A program made the translations under genes and the position numbers. Below are positions 10,801-19,980 of a stretch of DNA of 21,888 nucleotides, in pieces (positions within the stretch are counted from its first letter, which is position 1; each line of letters starts with the position of its first letter). Location of the stretch: contig CAXIUT010000031.1 of NCBI GenBank assembly GCA_964035545.1, forward strand, positions 1-21,888, in the 5' to 3' direction. The DNA is from Bugula neritina. Taxonomy: Eukaryota; Animalia; Bryozoa. The notes under the pieces were generated by a model that was not told the DNA's origin, ran no database searches, and worked only from the letters and a program-made list of their open reading frames with translations.

Positions 10801-12161
10801 CTAACTCATCTACTCAACAAACATCATATTAACATCCCATAATCTAGTGATAAAGATAGTATCGAATTCAATCTTTTCAAAAGTATTGAACCATCTAGTG
10901 ATGGAGGAAATCTTAGGGCACAATTGGCTGATAGATAATTTGAAGTTAAGAAGTTGGAAGAGGATTTGGCTTAATATAAGTTGTTATCTCGTTTGGAATC
11001 GGAAAAAAATATCAAAAAACTTAAAGATTAACTCATGGCATGTAAAATCAAACATGGCTAAGAGATAAAAAAATGGGAATTGAATTTTACATAAACAGTG
11101 AAAAGAAATGAATAAAATTGTTAGCAATTCAAAGCAGAAACATAAAAACAATATAGAGAGCTGATGGAAACTGAAATTAATAAGTTGAAAGCTCAATATT
11201 CTAAAGAAATAAATCAATTGAATCAATAGTTATCGACAAATAAAACATAATTTAATGAATTAGTTAATCGGATAAGAGGTGAGTATTAAAATCAGATAAA
11301 TTAGATAAAAATTAATCATTAAAAAGAAGTATAAACTGTAAACATGAAATACGAGTAGTAGATCAAGAAAGTTTAAGATATTTATGAATCTAAAGTAGTA
11401 GCTATTGAGTGTTAGAAGTCAGCATAGATAAAGAAAGCAGAAGAGACCAAGTAAACAACAACTAAGAAGTAATAAAAATATTTGATTCAAATAGGTAAGG
11501 TGTAGAGATAGAAGAAATAGTTGTTTTATAGAATGGATGATTCTTAGATGAAGATGAAAGTTGCACAAAAAAGATATTCAGATAAACTTAAATAAATATA
11601 AAATATAAAGTAAAAACATATAGCATAAATGGATGAGGTTAGGAAATAGCTAAATAAAGTTAGAAATCAAACATAAGAGACAATATAAGCTTAGAAACTT
11701 AAAATATTGAAATAACATTATGAAAAGACACTAACTTTATAAAAGAAATTCAAAGGTAGTAATTATATTTATTTAGAAATGTAAATTTTGAATGAAGAAA
11801 TGAACAATAATTGGAAAAAAAACCAAAAAACACTAGATCTTAGATTTTAGAAGCGATAGAGTAGACATGAAGATATTTAAATGATAAAATAAATAGAAAA
11901 CCAGCTATTTTAAAAAGAGAAGGAAACAAGCCATCTTTATCAGCATTTGAGGTTAATTCAGTTATAAAAGGAGAATAATGACAAATTGTATACTCGTATA
12001 TTTACATCAAGCCGTTAGAAGGTAGATAGATATATATTTAGAAGGGAAATTCTCATCGTCCTGATCGAGATCTTTATTCTATATTGAAGCAGTCTCATAC
12101 GACAGATTGTAGACATCTTTTGAAGATAACACATAAAGAGCCTAAGTAACTTAAAAGATGA
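10801..12161 (+). CDS. FAM184-like coiled-coil protein, 5'-truncated at the telomeric junction; intron 12022-12041, possible intron 11756-11776
   Basis: Long coiled-coil frame open from the junction, with the first ATG only at 11035. C-terminal RFEKRESRHEDIEMIKE...QLEKENNDKLYTRIF resembles the FAM184 RESxPED...QLELVNRE motif. TGA at 12159-12161 after splicing. Confidence 0.75.
11756..11776 (+). other. Possible 21-nt (3n, stop-free) intron
   Basis: GTAGTAATTATATTTATTTAG has the same GTA...ATTTAG signature and interrupts a coiled coil, but is not required by frame. Confidence 0.55.
12022..12041 (+). other. 20-nt spliceosomal intron
   Basis: GTAGATAGATATATATTTAG; splicing extends the ORF to TGA12159, close to the convergent neighbour. 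Confidence 0.75.
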
Positions 12162-12207
12162 TTTTAATATTATTTATGTTTAATATATCAATAGTATTTA
12201 TATTTTA

Positions 12208-12641
12208 TCATCTTTTATTTTTGATTTTTCTTTTCTATGAAAATAATACACTTTTATTTGGATGTTTTAAATAACTTGTCTATTAGTTTTAGTGATCGTA
12301 TGCTTCAGTAATTACTCTTTTTTTCGGTTATGGTGTTAAAAATTATGCCTTAATATGTGATTAATATCCTTTCTTTTGTTTTCTTTTTATTAATTGTCCA
12401 TAGGCTCTTTGAAGTAATGAGTCATCATGTTGCTTTTATTTTTTTATTACTTGTTGCAATTCAATATAGTATCTTTATAGAAAACTATCTTATCTTATAT
12501 TTACTTTATCTTTTTATCTTTTTGTTGGACTTGCCAACTCAGATTTTTATAAATAGATTTTTGGTGTTGTATTTATGCAAATAGTTTACTTCCTTCGGCT
12601 TACTAGGTTTTTATTTTAGTGTTTCTGCGTGGGTTGGACAT
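12208..12641 (-). CDS. Small coiled-coil hypothetical protein (~137 aa), intron 12485-12504
   Basis: ATG12641. Splicing yields QVQQKDKKINFLERYYIELQQ and a stop at TGA12210-12208. The unspliced frame runs on into the opposite gene. Confidence 0.7.
12485..12504 (-). other. 20-nt spliceosomal intron
   Basis: GTAAATATAAGATAAGATAG; joins the ATG frame to the frame that carries the stop. Confidence 0.72.
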
Positions 12642-12702
12642 AGTTTTAAAGCAAAATAAAGTCAATTATAAATAAATAAGAATCTATAAAAATAAAGAAA
12701 TA

Positions 12703-13155
12703 TCAATGGAAACAGAAACATCCTTTCTTTTATTTAACTTTTATTTATTATTTCTTTTAATATTTGAATTAAGTCGATATTCTTTTATTAACTTATTTTC
12801 TATTTGAATATTATTTTTTATTACTGAGTAGAAAATGACTAAACCCTGTTAGTTCTACAGCTTGTGAAGGTTATAAACTGGGGTAATCATTATATTTTTT
12901 ACCACTCTTTTTGCATGCATACAGTTCCCATCCATTTCCTTCACTATTCAATTCAATACTATGTTGCTATTGGAACTGTTTAAGAGCTTTAGATGTAAAT
13001 TATTTGACTGTAAGGGAATGATAGGGCAATATGATGGATAATGTTTGGGAGTTGATGATGATGAAGACATGAGTTTGAGGATGATGGTAGTTGATGGGTT
13101 GTTGGAGTAGAGAGGTTTTAGTTGAGGTGGTGTTGATGGAATCTTTTGACTTCAT
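12703..13155 (-). CDS. Stand-alone Sin1-type CRIM (ubiquitin-like) domain protein (~150 aa)
   Basis: LTVKEFTSKALKQF...WELYACKKSGKKYNDYPSLEPSQAVELTGFSHFLL resembles the CRIM signature (YxLxIAEDDG..DFPPLD....KFGF). Ends KKGCFCFH. Confidence 0.72.
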
Positions 13156-13237
13156 TTTCTAGGAGTAGTTTAAATTAGTAAAATAATTATTCCAGAATTT
13201 TATATTTTAATAACTAGCATTATATTTGATTAAATTA

Positions 13238-13620
13238 TCATCCGACTGTTATAGATAAATTAAATGGTATTTCAGTGTTTTTAAGAATAAATGGCTACTC
13301 ATCTGGAACGATTTATTCTTATTATTTGTCAAAAAGTTTATCAATAGCTTATACCTTCGAAACCTATAAAATCTATTCTTTCTGAATAGGTTCAGGTTAA
13401 ATCTAGTTCAGCTTGTCCTTGACAACTTATTCTATTTTAATCAATTGATACAAATAATTGGGTCTTTAATATTGGACTAGAGATTATCTTATCGTGGTCT
13501 TTGAAATAGATCTTCTATTTTATTTTAAACTTTTTTAGGTTACTCTTGATTGATAATAGGTTCTCCTTTGGACTCTAGTGGTTTGTTATTTTATTTTACT
13601 CTGCCTGCACAACCTCCCAT
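13238..13620 (-). CDS. Small acidic protein with N-terminal MGGC dual-acylation-like motif (~120 aa), intron 13432-13451
   Basis: ATG13620 MGGCAGR. The intron removes an in-frame TGA; spliced length is 363 nt to TGA13240-13238. Confidence 0.75.
13432..13451 (-). other. 20-nt spliceosomal intron
   Basis: GTATCAATTGATTAAAATAG; contains an in-frame TGA, and removal restores the ORF. Confidence 0.85.
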
Positions 13621-13699
13621 GGTTTATGATTTTATTCAAATAAATATAATTGATAAGATTCGATAGAGTTTACAAGAATAAAAAGTTAAAAAGTATGAT

Positions 13700-14820
13700 T
13701 CACTAAACTACAATATTATATTTATCTATAATTTGTGGATTATTATTAATTTTTCTTTTCAAATCTTGACGGAGACGACCTTAAGTATCATAAGTATTAA
13801 AAAGATGAATGAGTTCATGTTTTATATTTCTCCACTAAGAATCTTTGTACATCATATATGATAGTTTTATTCTACTCTATATTCCTTTATATTCATATTA
13901 TTACTTTTAGTTGAATCAACTACTGGATTTTATAGCTTTTTATCACTTCTTTTAGGAGATTTTGATTATTTCTTTTTAGGACTTCTGTTTCTGACTGGGC
14001 TTAATGGCTGCATACTATCTTTTTAATTGTATTGAATAGTTTAATGTTTATTTTAATGGTTTACGCTAAAACTTACTCTTTTTCTTTGCTTATTTTTCTT
14101 CTATGAAATCTTTTATTTTTATTCAGGTATTTTTTGTTTATTTTGTATACTATCTGAAATATCTACTGCTTAAATAGGTATCTTTGTTCTATTTTTTGCT
14201 TTTTATTTTTGTTAAACTTCTTTAATGCCTTCTTCTTTTGATTGAGTTTGTCTTTTATTTTGAGGTTAGTAATTCATTTTTCTTCTTAAATCACTCAAAA
14301 CTTTCTAGCATTCATTTTATTGTGGAATACAAGGTGCACTAATATTGATTTTATCATTTCTATTTGATGAGTATCCTCGATTTGTTTAAAAACCATTAAA
14401 TCGATGACTATCTCTAAAAGTCAAGAGTTGATTATAATCTAAAATTTACTTTTAATATTGTTTTGCTTGTTTATCTCTAAGAAGAAATCTATCTACTTCA
14501 ATTTGTCTTAAAATTTGTTGAGACCGCAATTAATCTTAAACTCTTAGATCTCTTAATCTTTAATCTTCAAGTTGAGCAATAAATCTACTCTTGCTAATTA
14601 ATTATGCTATTTTGTTTTATTTTTATTTTATCTATGATTAGTAACCTGCTATTTTTTCAAGAGAATAAAGATGATTCTTAGTTCTTGAATATCTTTCGAG
14701 TTCAGCTTGTTCTCTTAGCAGGTCATCATGATGAATTGCAGTTAGTTATGCATGTAGGTGGTTGTTATGATATGGGTGAGGACGGTGTGTGAGATATGGA
14801 CGGTGAAAAAGATGATTCAT
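13700..14820 (-). CDS. Hypothetical coiled-coil protein with His-rich N-terminus and RVxF-like motif (~366 aa), intron 13885-13904
   Basis: ATG14820 MNHLFHRPYLTHRPHPYHNNHLH, internal RKRVSF. Splicing gives a helical C-terminus ending at TGA13702-13700. Confidence 0.7.
13885..13904 (-). other. 20-nt spliceosomal intron (AAG acceptor)
   Basis: GTAATAATATGAATATAAAG; avoids an early TGA and adds about 60 coding-looking residues. Confidence 0.65.
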
Positions 14821-14883
14821 TGATGATATAAACTGATAAATATAGAGTTAATATTATAATTTTATCGAGATCATTTTAGCTGT

Positions 14884-16390
14884 TCAGTTTAACAGTATAT
14901 CTTACTTTTTAAACAAAACTTGAGCACACTTGATATGCATGAGTTTACTTTGGACTTTCTACTTAGTTTATTTAGGTATTTCTGACTATTTTATCTCACT
15001 TTGTTATTTCGATATATCGGCCTTTTTTTGTTTGAGTTGTAAGTGGTTAAAAAGAGGACTACTAGTCATGATGACATTATTTAGTCTCCATTAATCTTTT
15101 TGAAGTTAGGTGATATTTATTCCAAACAATAGCAACAATGAAATGATAAAATATCTTATAGATCATTATCTAAAGGAATCCAAAACTGATTTATACTTTG
15201 CTCTTACTATTTTTGATAGGTCCATTTAAACAAAGAAACAATAGTATTTTTAGGTTATTTTTATATTTGATTTGTTTATTTTAATTTTGTTAATATTTTA
15301 TTTTTTTCTCTTTGAAGTGATTATTTCGATGATCCATTAGCTGTTATTTCAATTGGAATTTCATGCCACATTATTGACATTAATGGGGATTAAAACTTTT
15401 CAAAAGAGATAGCATATTCTTGACTTGGGATATTTCTTCATCTGGTTTTATTTGTATATTATTAGTAGGCATAATTTTTCTTATTTTTTAATATTGCTTG
15501 ATAGTATCTTCTTTGGATGTGTTTGTTTATTCAGATTAACATCTAAAACGTTTACCTGATTAAAAGATAGTTGTAACATTTTGTTCTTTTAAAAGAGAGG
15601 AATTAGAATTTACATTTAAATCATTTCTTTCTTTTCTTTATTGTCCTATTTTATTTCTCTCCATTGAAGGAGCACATGTCCTTTCCATTGAAGGAGTACA
15701 TGTCCTTTCCATTGAAGGAGTACATGTCCTTTCCATCGAAAGAACTGTTCTCTCCATTGAGTGAGGAATTGTTCTTTTTTGCATTTTGGACATTTAAACA
15801 TCAGGTGAATATTATCTTCTTGATGAATAATTTTGACTGTATGGGTTATAGGATAGTCTTTTATTGTTTGCTATGCCATTTGCTTGGGGGAGGTAACGAT
15901 TTAGATCTTTGGAAGACATTTTAAGAACCTTTATATAGTATTCTTTGATGTATTGGATAGCTTCGACATTTTTGATAAAATCTATGTCAATTCCAGATCG
16001 ATTCATGACGGCAACTTTCAAATCTTAGTACAACATTGGATGTATTCTACCGAACCAGCATTTTCTATAGACTTTAGCATGTTCTAGTTATCCTAAAAGT
16101 TGATTGTTTGATAGGTAATAAACAATGTTGGGATATATTTCAATAAGAGTTGAATGTAGAATATTACTAAAAATAGGATGATTAAGAAGTAGATCAAGAA
16201 GTCCGAGGTAGCTGATCATATTTTAAGTTTTTTTAGGATTAACTATACATTGTCGAAGTATTGGAATAAATTCTTGAACTGAGTTGAGTGGGACTAAGTT
16301 GAGGACTAGCTGTTATATTGATTTTATTCCTCTTTCATCGATATTCCACAGCTCATTGACTATTGTTTGAATTAATCTTTTGACTTCCAT
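14884..16390 (-). CDS. PCF11: Pcf11-like cleavage/polyadenylation factor (CID-like N-terminus, C2H2 and C2HC zinc fingers) with two apparent frameshifts
   Basis: Helical N-terminus (SYLGLLDLLLNH). CQECGMKFQLKEQLMDHRNNHF in frame A, SLFKW...IPLD...CCYCLEE in frame B, and KDEWRLNNVI...MHIKC..TGA14886-14884 in frame C, in the Pcf11 motif order. Confidence 0.68.
15661..15732. repeat. 24-bp coding tandem repeat, 3 near-perfect copies plus degenerate copies to ~15762
   Basis: ccattgaaggag(c/t)acatgtccttt x3; encodes (SMERTCTP)n on the minus strand. Confidence 0.95.
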
Positions 16391-16556
16391 TTCGGTTGTT
16401 GATTTAGAATATAATTATAATGACTCATTTTAAAGCTTGCAATTTATAAAAATAGTTCAATTTGGCTCAATTATATCAATTATTATTTTTATCAATAAAG
16501 ATAAGATTACTTTTCTTTGATTAATCTTATTTTTTCAATAATTTTAATTAAGTTAA

Positions 16557-17390
16557 ATGAATAAAAATCATTTTCCTTTGACTTAATCAGTTATGTTACA
16601 ATCTCGTTTGAGAAGAATATCATCAAGTGAACATTTTATTCCATCAATAAAAGTTCTTCGTTTTAACTACTGTGTACAATAAAAAAATCTTCCTGAATAA
16701 AATGTAAAAAAGGTATAGATAGTAAAAATAGACTAAAATTAAAGTTAGCAATCACAAATTTCAAATAAATCACAAAAATTAAGTGTAGTTAGTAAAAATC
16801 AAAATAAAATATCAAGTAAAAAGTAAGGTAGTATCAATGAAAGTTTTACAGAATAATATAAAATCCAATCAATTAATATTTAAAATAATGCTAAAAGTAA
16901 AATAAGTTAAAAAAGTAATCAAAGTCAAGCCTATTAAAGTTAAAACAAATCAAATAAATCCAATAAAAATAATATTTATTCAATACCATCTCATATCACA
17001 ACTGAACCCTTTATTGATACAGTTAATTGTAATATTTTTGGGTGTTAAGAACCAAATTATAATATTCCAAAAGTTACGTAAGTTAATCTAACTAAATAAC
17101 CTCAAATAGAATCTAAAATATAAAAAACAAGTAGCTATTTTTATCCATAAGATAATAATAGAAGTTCTTATCTAATATAAGAATAAAAAATTAGATCAAG
17201 TCAAGTAGAATCATTTAAAAGTGAGAAAAAGAATAATAGTGACATAATCAGATCAAGTGAATAAACTCTTGATGATAGCGATATTCCTTCTCCCGTACTT
17301 TCCAGCTGGAATAAACTAGAAGGATCTTCTCCGAGTCAGTCTTCTGTTAATCGTAGAATAGCTCCTTTTATTTTCAAACAGACCTTTTGA
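16557..17390 (+). CDS. Low-complexity S/N/K-rich hypothetical protein (~277 aa)
   Basis: ATG16557..TGA17388-17390, 834 nt open, divergent from the Pcf11-like gene. Confidence 0.7.
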
Positions 17391-17427
17391 TTATCATATA
17401 TTATTTAGAATATAGAAGAATATTAAT

Positions 17428-17889
17428 ATGCAATCATACGAAGAAAAAAAGTTTAGAGATAAGCCTTACACTCAATGTTTTTAGTGCGTTCAGGGAAATC
17501 GTCTCAAATGCAAAAAATGTATGAATAACCTAGTTGAAAATATCATTGAGTAGAGGGCTAAAACATAGGAGAAAAAGTTTAGGATCTTTAAATAGACTCA
17601 GAATAGCAAATCTTTTAAAATCAATAAGAAAAAAAGTTGTAATAATAACATGGAAATTAGAAGTTGCTATGGATTATGGATGGAACAAGTACAATTAAGG
17701 AGAAGTAAATCTAAAGATCTTCTATCTTCAACGGTAGGAAACTGGCCTTATAAAAAGACAGGATCGACAAGAAAAATGCATAAACTACCAGCTCCTCGTT
17801 TTTAGAATTGGGAAGGTCGCTTAATTGCCAGGTTTTCGAAGACAGAAGAAATGTCAAAAACTCTTGAAAAAGGTTTGTGTATTCGTTGA
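17428..17889 (+). CDS. Basic hypothetical protein with N-terminal CxxC-x7-CxxC (~153 aa)
   Basis: ATG17428..TGA17887-17889, with CFECVQGNRLKCKKC. The stop lies 32 bp before the telomeric array. Confidence 0.65.
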
Positions 17890-17921
17890 TCTATTTTTTT
17901 ATATGAGTGAAAATTATTGAC

Positions 17922-17980
17922 TTGGGGTTGGGGTTGGGGTTGGGGTTGGGGTTGGGGTTGGGGTTGGGGTTGGGGTTGGG
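17922..17980 (+). repeat. Internal telomeric array (TTGGGG)9TTGGG
   Basis: Perfect G4T2 array in right-end orientation between two convergent genes. Confidence 0.97.
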
Positions 17981-17985
17981 ATCTA

Positions 17986-19274
17986 TCAGAACATTCCCAT
18001 TCTTCCCATTCCAGATCTTCCGTGATGTCTTCTTCCCATTCCCTCAATATCCATGTCATCTTCTTTTGTTTCTTGAATGAGTGCCCTAACCTTCTCTTCA
18101 TATCTTTCTTTAATCACATTGTAGAAGGAGAGAGCTTCAGTATAAAGTGGAACATTTTTCTCGTAAAAGACAACACTTTGAGTAATTGGGTCAAATAAGT
18201 AAGGTAGGTTGGGATTTTCTTTTAAAAATATTTGAACTGAAGATTATCTAAATCCTGTGAGTTATTCCACTTTTTTTATCGTGATAGTTTGATAAGCTGA
18301 AAAAACTTCTTCTAGAATTCTTTTAGTTATTTCTCTCATGCAATCATCATAAACAAACCTGATAGTTGGATTGAAATTTCCATAACTTTCATATTCCCGC
18401 TTGATATCACTGAAAAGCTTTTTGTAGTCAGTTCTTAGGTATGCTATTTCAACTTTACTGCTCCATTTAATATCTTGCTTTAAGATAGTTCGATCACAAT
18501 AGGCAAGAGCAAGAATTGAGTAGAGAAATCCCAAATCAGCTACTGAAAGGATGCCATTGTTTACAATTTATTGAGTATTAAAGTGTTCAGACTTCAAATT
18601 TTCAAACACTTTTGCCCTTCCTTTTCCTCTGCCTTTTTTAGTAAGCCTGTAGATATCTTTGATCAAAGCCAAAGTAGAAGTAACTTTCTTTTTATCTCCA
18701 AGGTTTCTCATAGCAAAGATTTCAAACTAACTGTATTCATGTCCATCTTTGTTTCTACCAGAAGGATCATCGATAAGGTAGAATAGTTAGCGTCCCCAAT
18801 TAGGCAGTAGATCTTCTTATTTGATAACTTAAGAAGTTTGTTTTCTGATGATTTTTGAAAAGTAGTATTAACTTTCTTTATGATTTCCTTGTTGAGCAAA
18901 CATTTAGCCCAATTTGAAGTAAATTTTCACTTCATCATCAACTTTTCCCTAAATAAATTGATTCTTACTAATGATTCAAAATTTTATCCCTCAACTTTGA
19001 TTCGATTTATCTCAATTATTAGTTCATCTTTAAGTTTACCATATTCTCCTGAACGAGGAATATTGTTTTGATTGACTCCCAGTACTTTGTAGATGAATTA
19101 GTACTCTCCTACTAATTTGTTTTTGATGGTAAAATCAAGCATTTTGTCTTTGAGAGAGCTAGCTTCCTTAGGATGAGTTTGAATAAAAGCTCTATACTTC
19201 CATAGTTTAGTCATTGGCAGATCTCCATCAATAGCTTTAAGAAATTTAGACTTTAGATCTTTTTGAGAGTCCAT
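17986..19274 (-). CDS. PCI-domain protein of the CSN1/RPN7 family, closer to CSN1 by eye (~422 aa), intron 18949-18968
   Basis: IYFKLGEMFAQQGNHKESEYYFSK, ILSVADLGFLYSILALAYCDRTILKQDI and EITKRILEEVFSAYQTITI resemble CSN1 blocks. Spliced length is 1269 nt from ATG19274 to TGA17988-17986. Confidence 0.72.
18949..18968 (-). other. 20-nt spliceosomal intron
   Basis: GTAAGAATCAATTTATTTAG; the unspliced frame hits TGA soon after, and splicing restores the PCI-protein frame. Confidence 0.88.
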
Positions 19275-19494
19275 TTTGTAAGATATATTAATTATATAAA
19301 AGATTTATGAATGATTGTATTTTTATCTATCAGAGTACAGATTTCGATGAAAACTTTCGACGACGATTTGTTTTGCAAAAATAAAGTTATTTATCAAAGC
19401 GTTGGTTGAAAATAAAAGGTAAATAATTATTTGAATGAGTTTTATGAGTGATAGGAATGATAATAGTGATTAGGTTGATAATGAGGCTTTCAAA

Positions 19495-19980
19495 TCATAC
19501 TTTTGGGTAAGCCTTGGTCACGACGCTGACGAATTCATCGTAGTTGATAACTCCATCTCTGTCTTTGTCAGCATACTCAATCATTTGATCAACTTCAGCA
19601 GTTGAAAATTGTTCTCCAACTGAAGCTGCAACCTTTTCAAATTCTTCAGGTCCGAATGCTCCACTGCCGGTAGTGTCGAAGGCTTCGAATACACTTTGAA
19701 GAGTGCCTTCATTGGCTGAGTCAGATCCAAAGCCGAAGACTTCAAGGAAGGTTCCGAAGTCAAACTCTCCAGTAATTCCAGCTGCGTTTACGATAGATAA
19801 AATCTGTGAGGCTTGATCATCGAGCTTGAGGGCCTTGATGGTGTTGACAAGTTCTTCAGTGGAGATTTGTCCACTTCCGTCATAGTCAAAGACGTCAAAG
19901 ACTTCCTTGAGCTTGCCGACTGTATCAGCAGTCAATCCTTTCTTCACGTACTTGGAGGCGTCAAAAGCTTTTTTGGACAT
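19495..19980 (-). CDS. Spasmin/centrin-like EF-hand Ca2+-binding protein (161 aa)
   Basis: AFDASKYVKKGLT..LKEVFDVFDYDGSGQISTEEL and ADKDRDGVINYDEF give a centrin-type four-EF architecture with a ciliate infraciliary-centrin/spasmin-like N-terminus. GC content is visibly elevated. Confidence 0.93.
   Translation of the reverse strand: MSKKAFDASKYVKKGLTADTVGKLKEVFDVFDYDGSGQISTEELVNTIKALKLDDQASQILSIVNAAGITGEFDFGTFLEVFGFGSDSANEGTLQSVFEAFDTTGSGAFGPEEFEKVAASVGEQFSTAEVDQMIEYADKDRDGVINYDEFVSVVTKAYPKV

Noticed and set aside
15066-15068. In-frame TGA as a sense codon (ambiguous-stop code)
   Set aside because: Apparent internal TGAs are explained by 20-nt introns or a frame change. Trp is encoded by TGG throughout, and no conserved Trp or Cys position uses TGA.
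15661-15732. 24-bp repeats as a CRISPR array
   Set aside because: There are no spacers; this is an in-frame coding tandem repeat in a eukaryotic gene.
17978-17983. GATC at junction 2, suggesting a DpnII/Pore-C ligation product
   Set aside because: Junction 1 (GGGACT) has no such site, and many internal GATC sites are uncut.
4330-17988. TGA followed directly by TAA/TAG in six genes, as vestigial tandem stops
   Set aside because: This is roughly what the +4 T bias and AT-richness would produce, so it is not separate evidence.
17802-18198. ORF-track proteins with QPQPQP and WGWGWG repeats
   Set aside because: They are translations of the telomeric array. The real minus-strand frame stops at TGA17988-17986.
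1561-19071. Most standard-code ORFs in the supplied track (e.g. 1561-1842, 5347-5553, 9343-9818, 12357-12584, 15664-15924)
   Set aside because: They are antisense or off-frame shadows of TAR-containing genes. Only 8499-8750, 15812-16021 and 18262-18534 are fragments of real frames, and 19495-19980 is complete.
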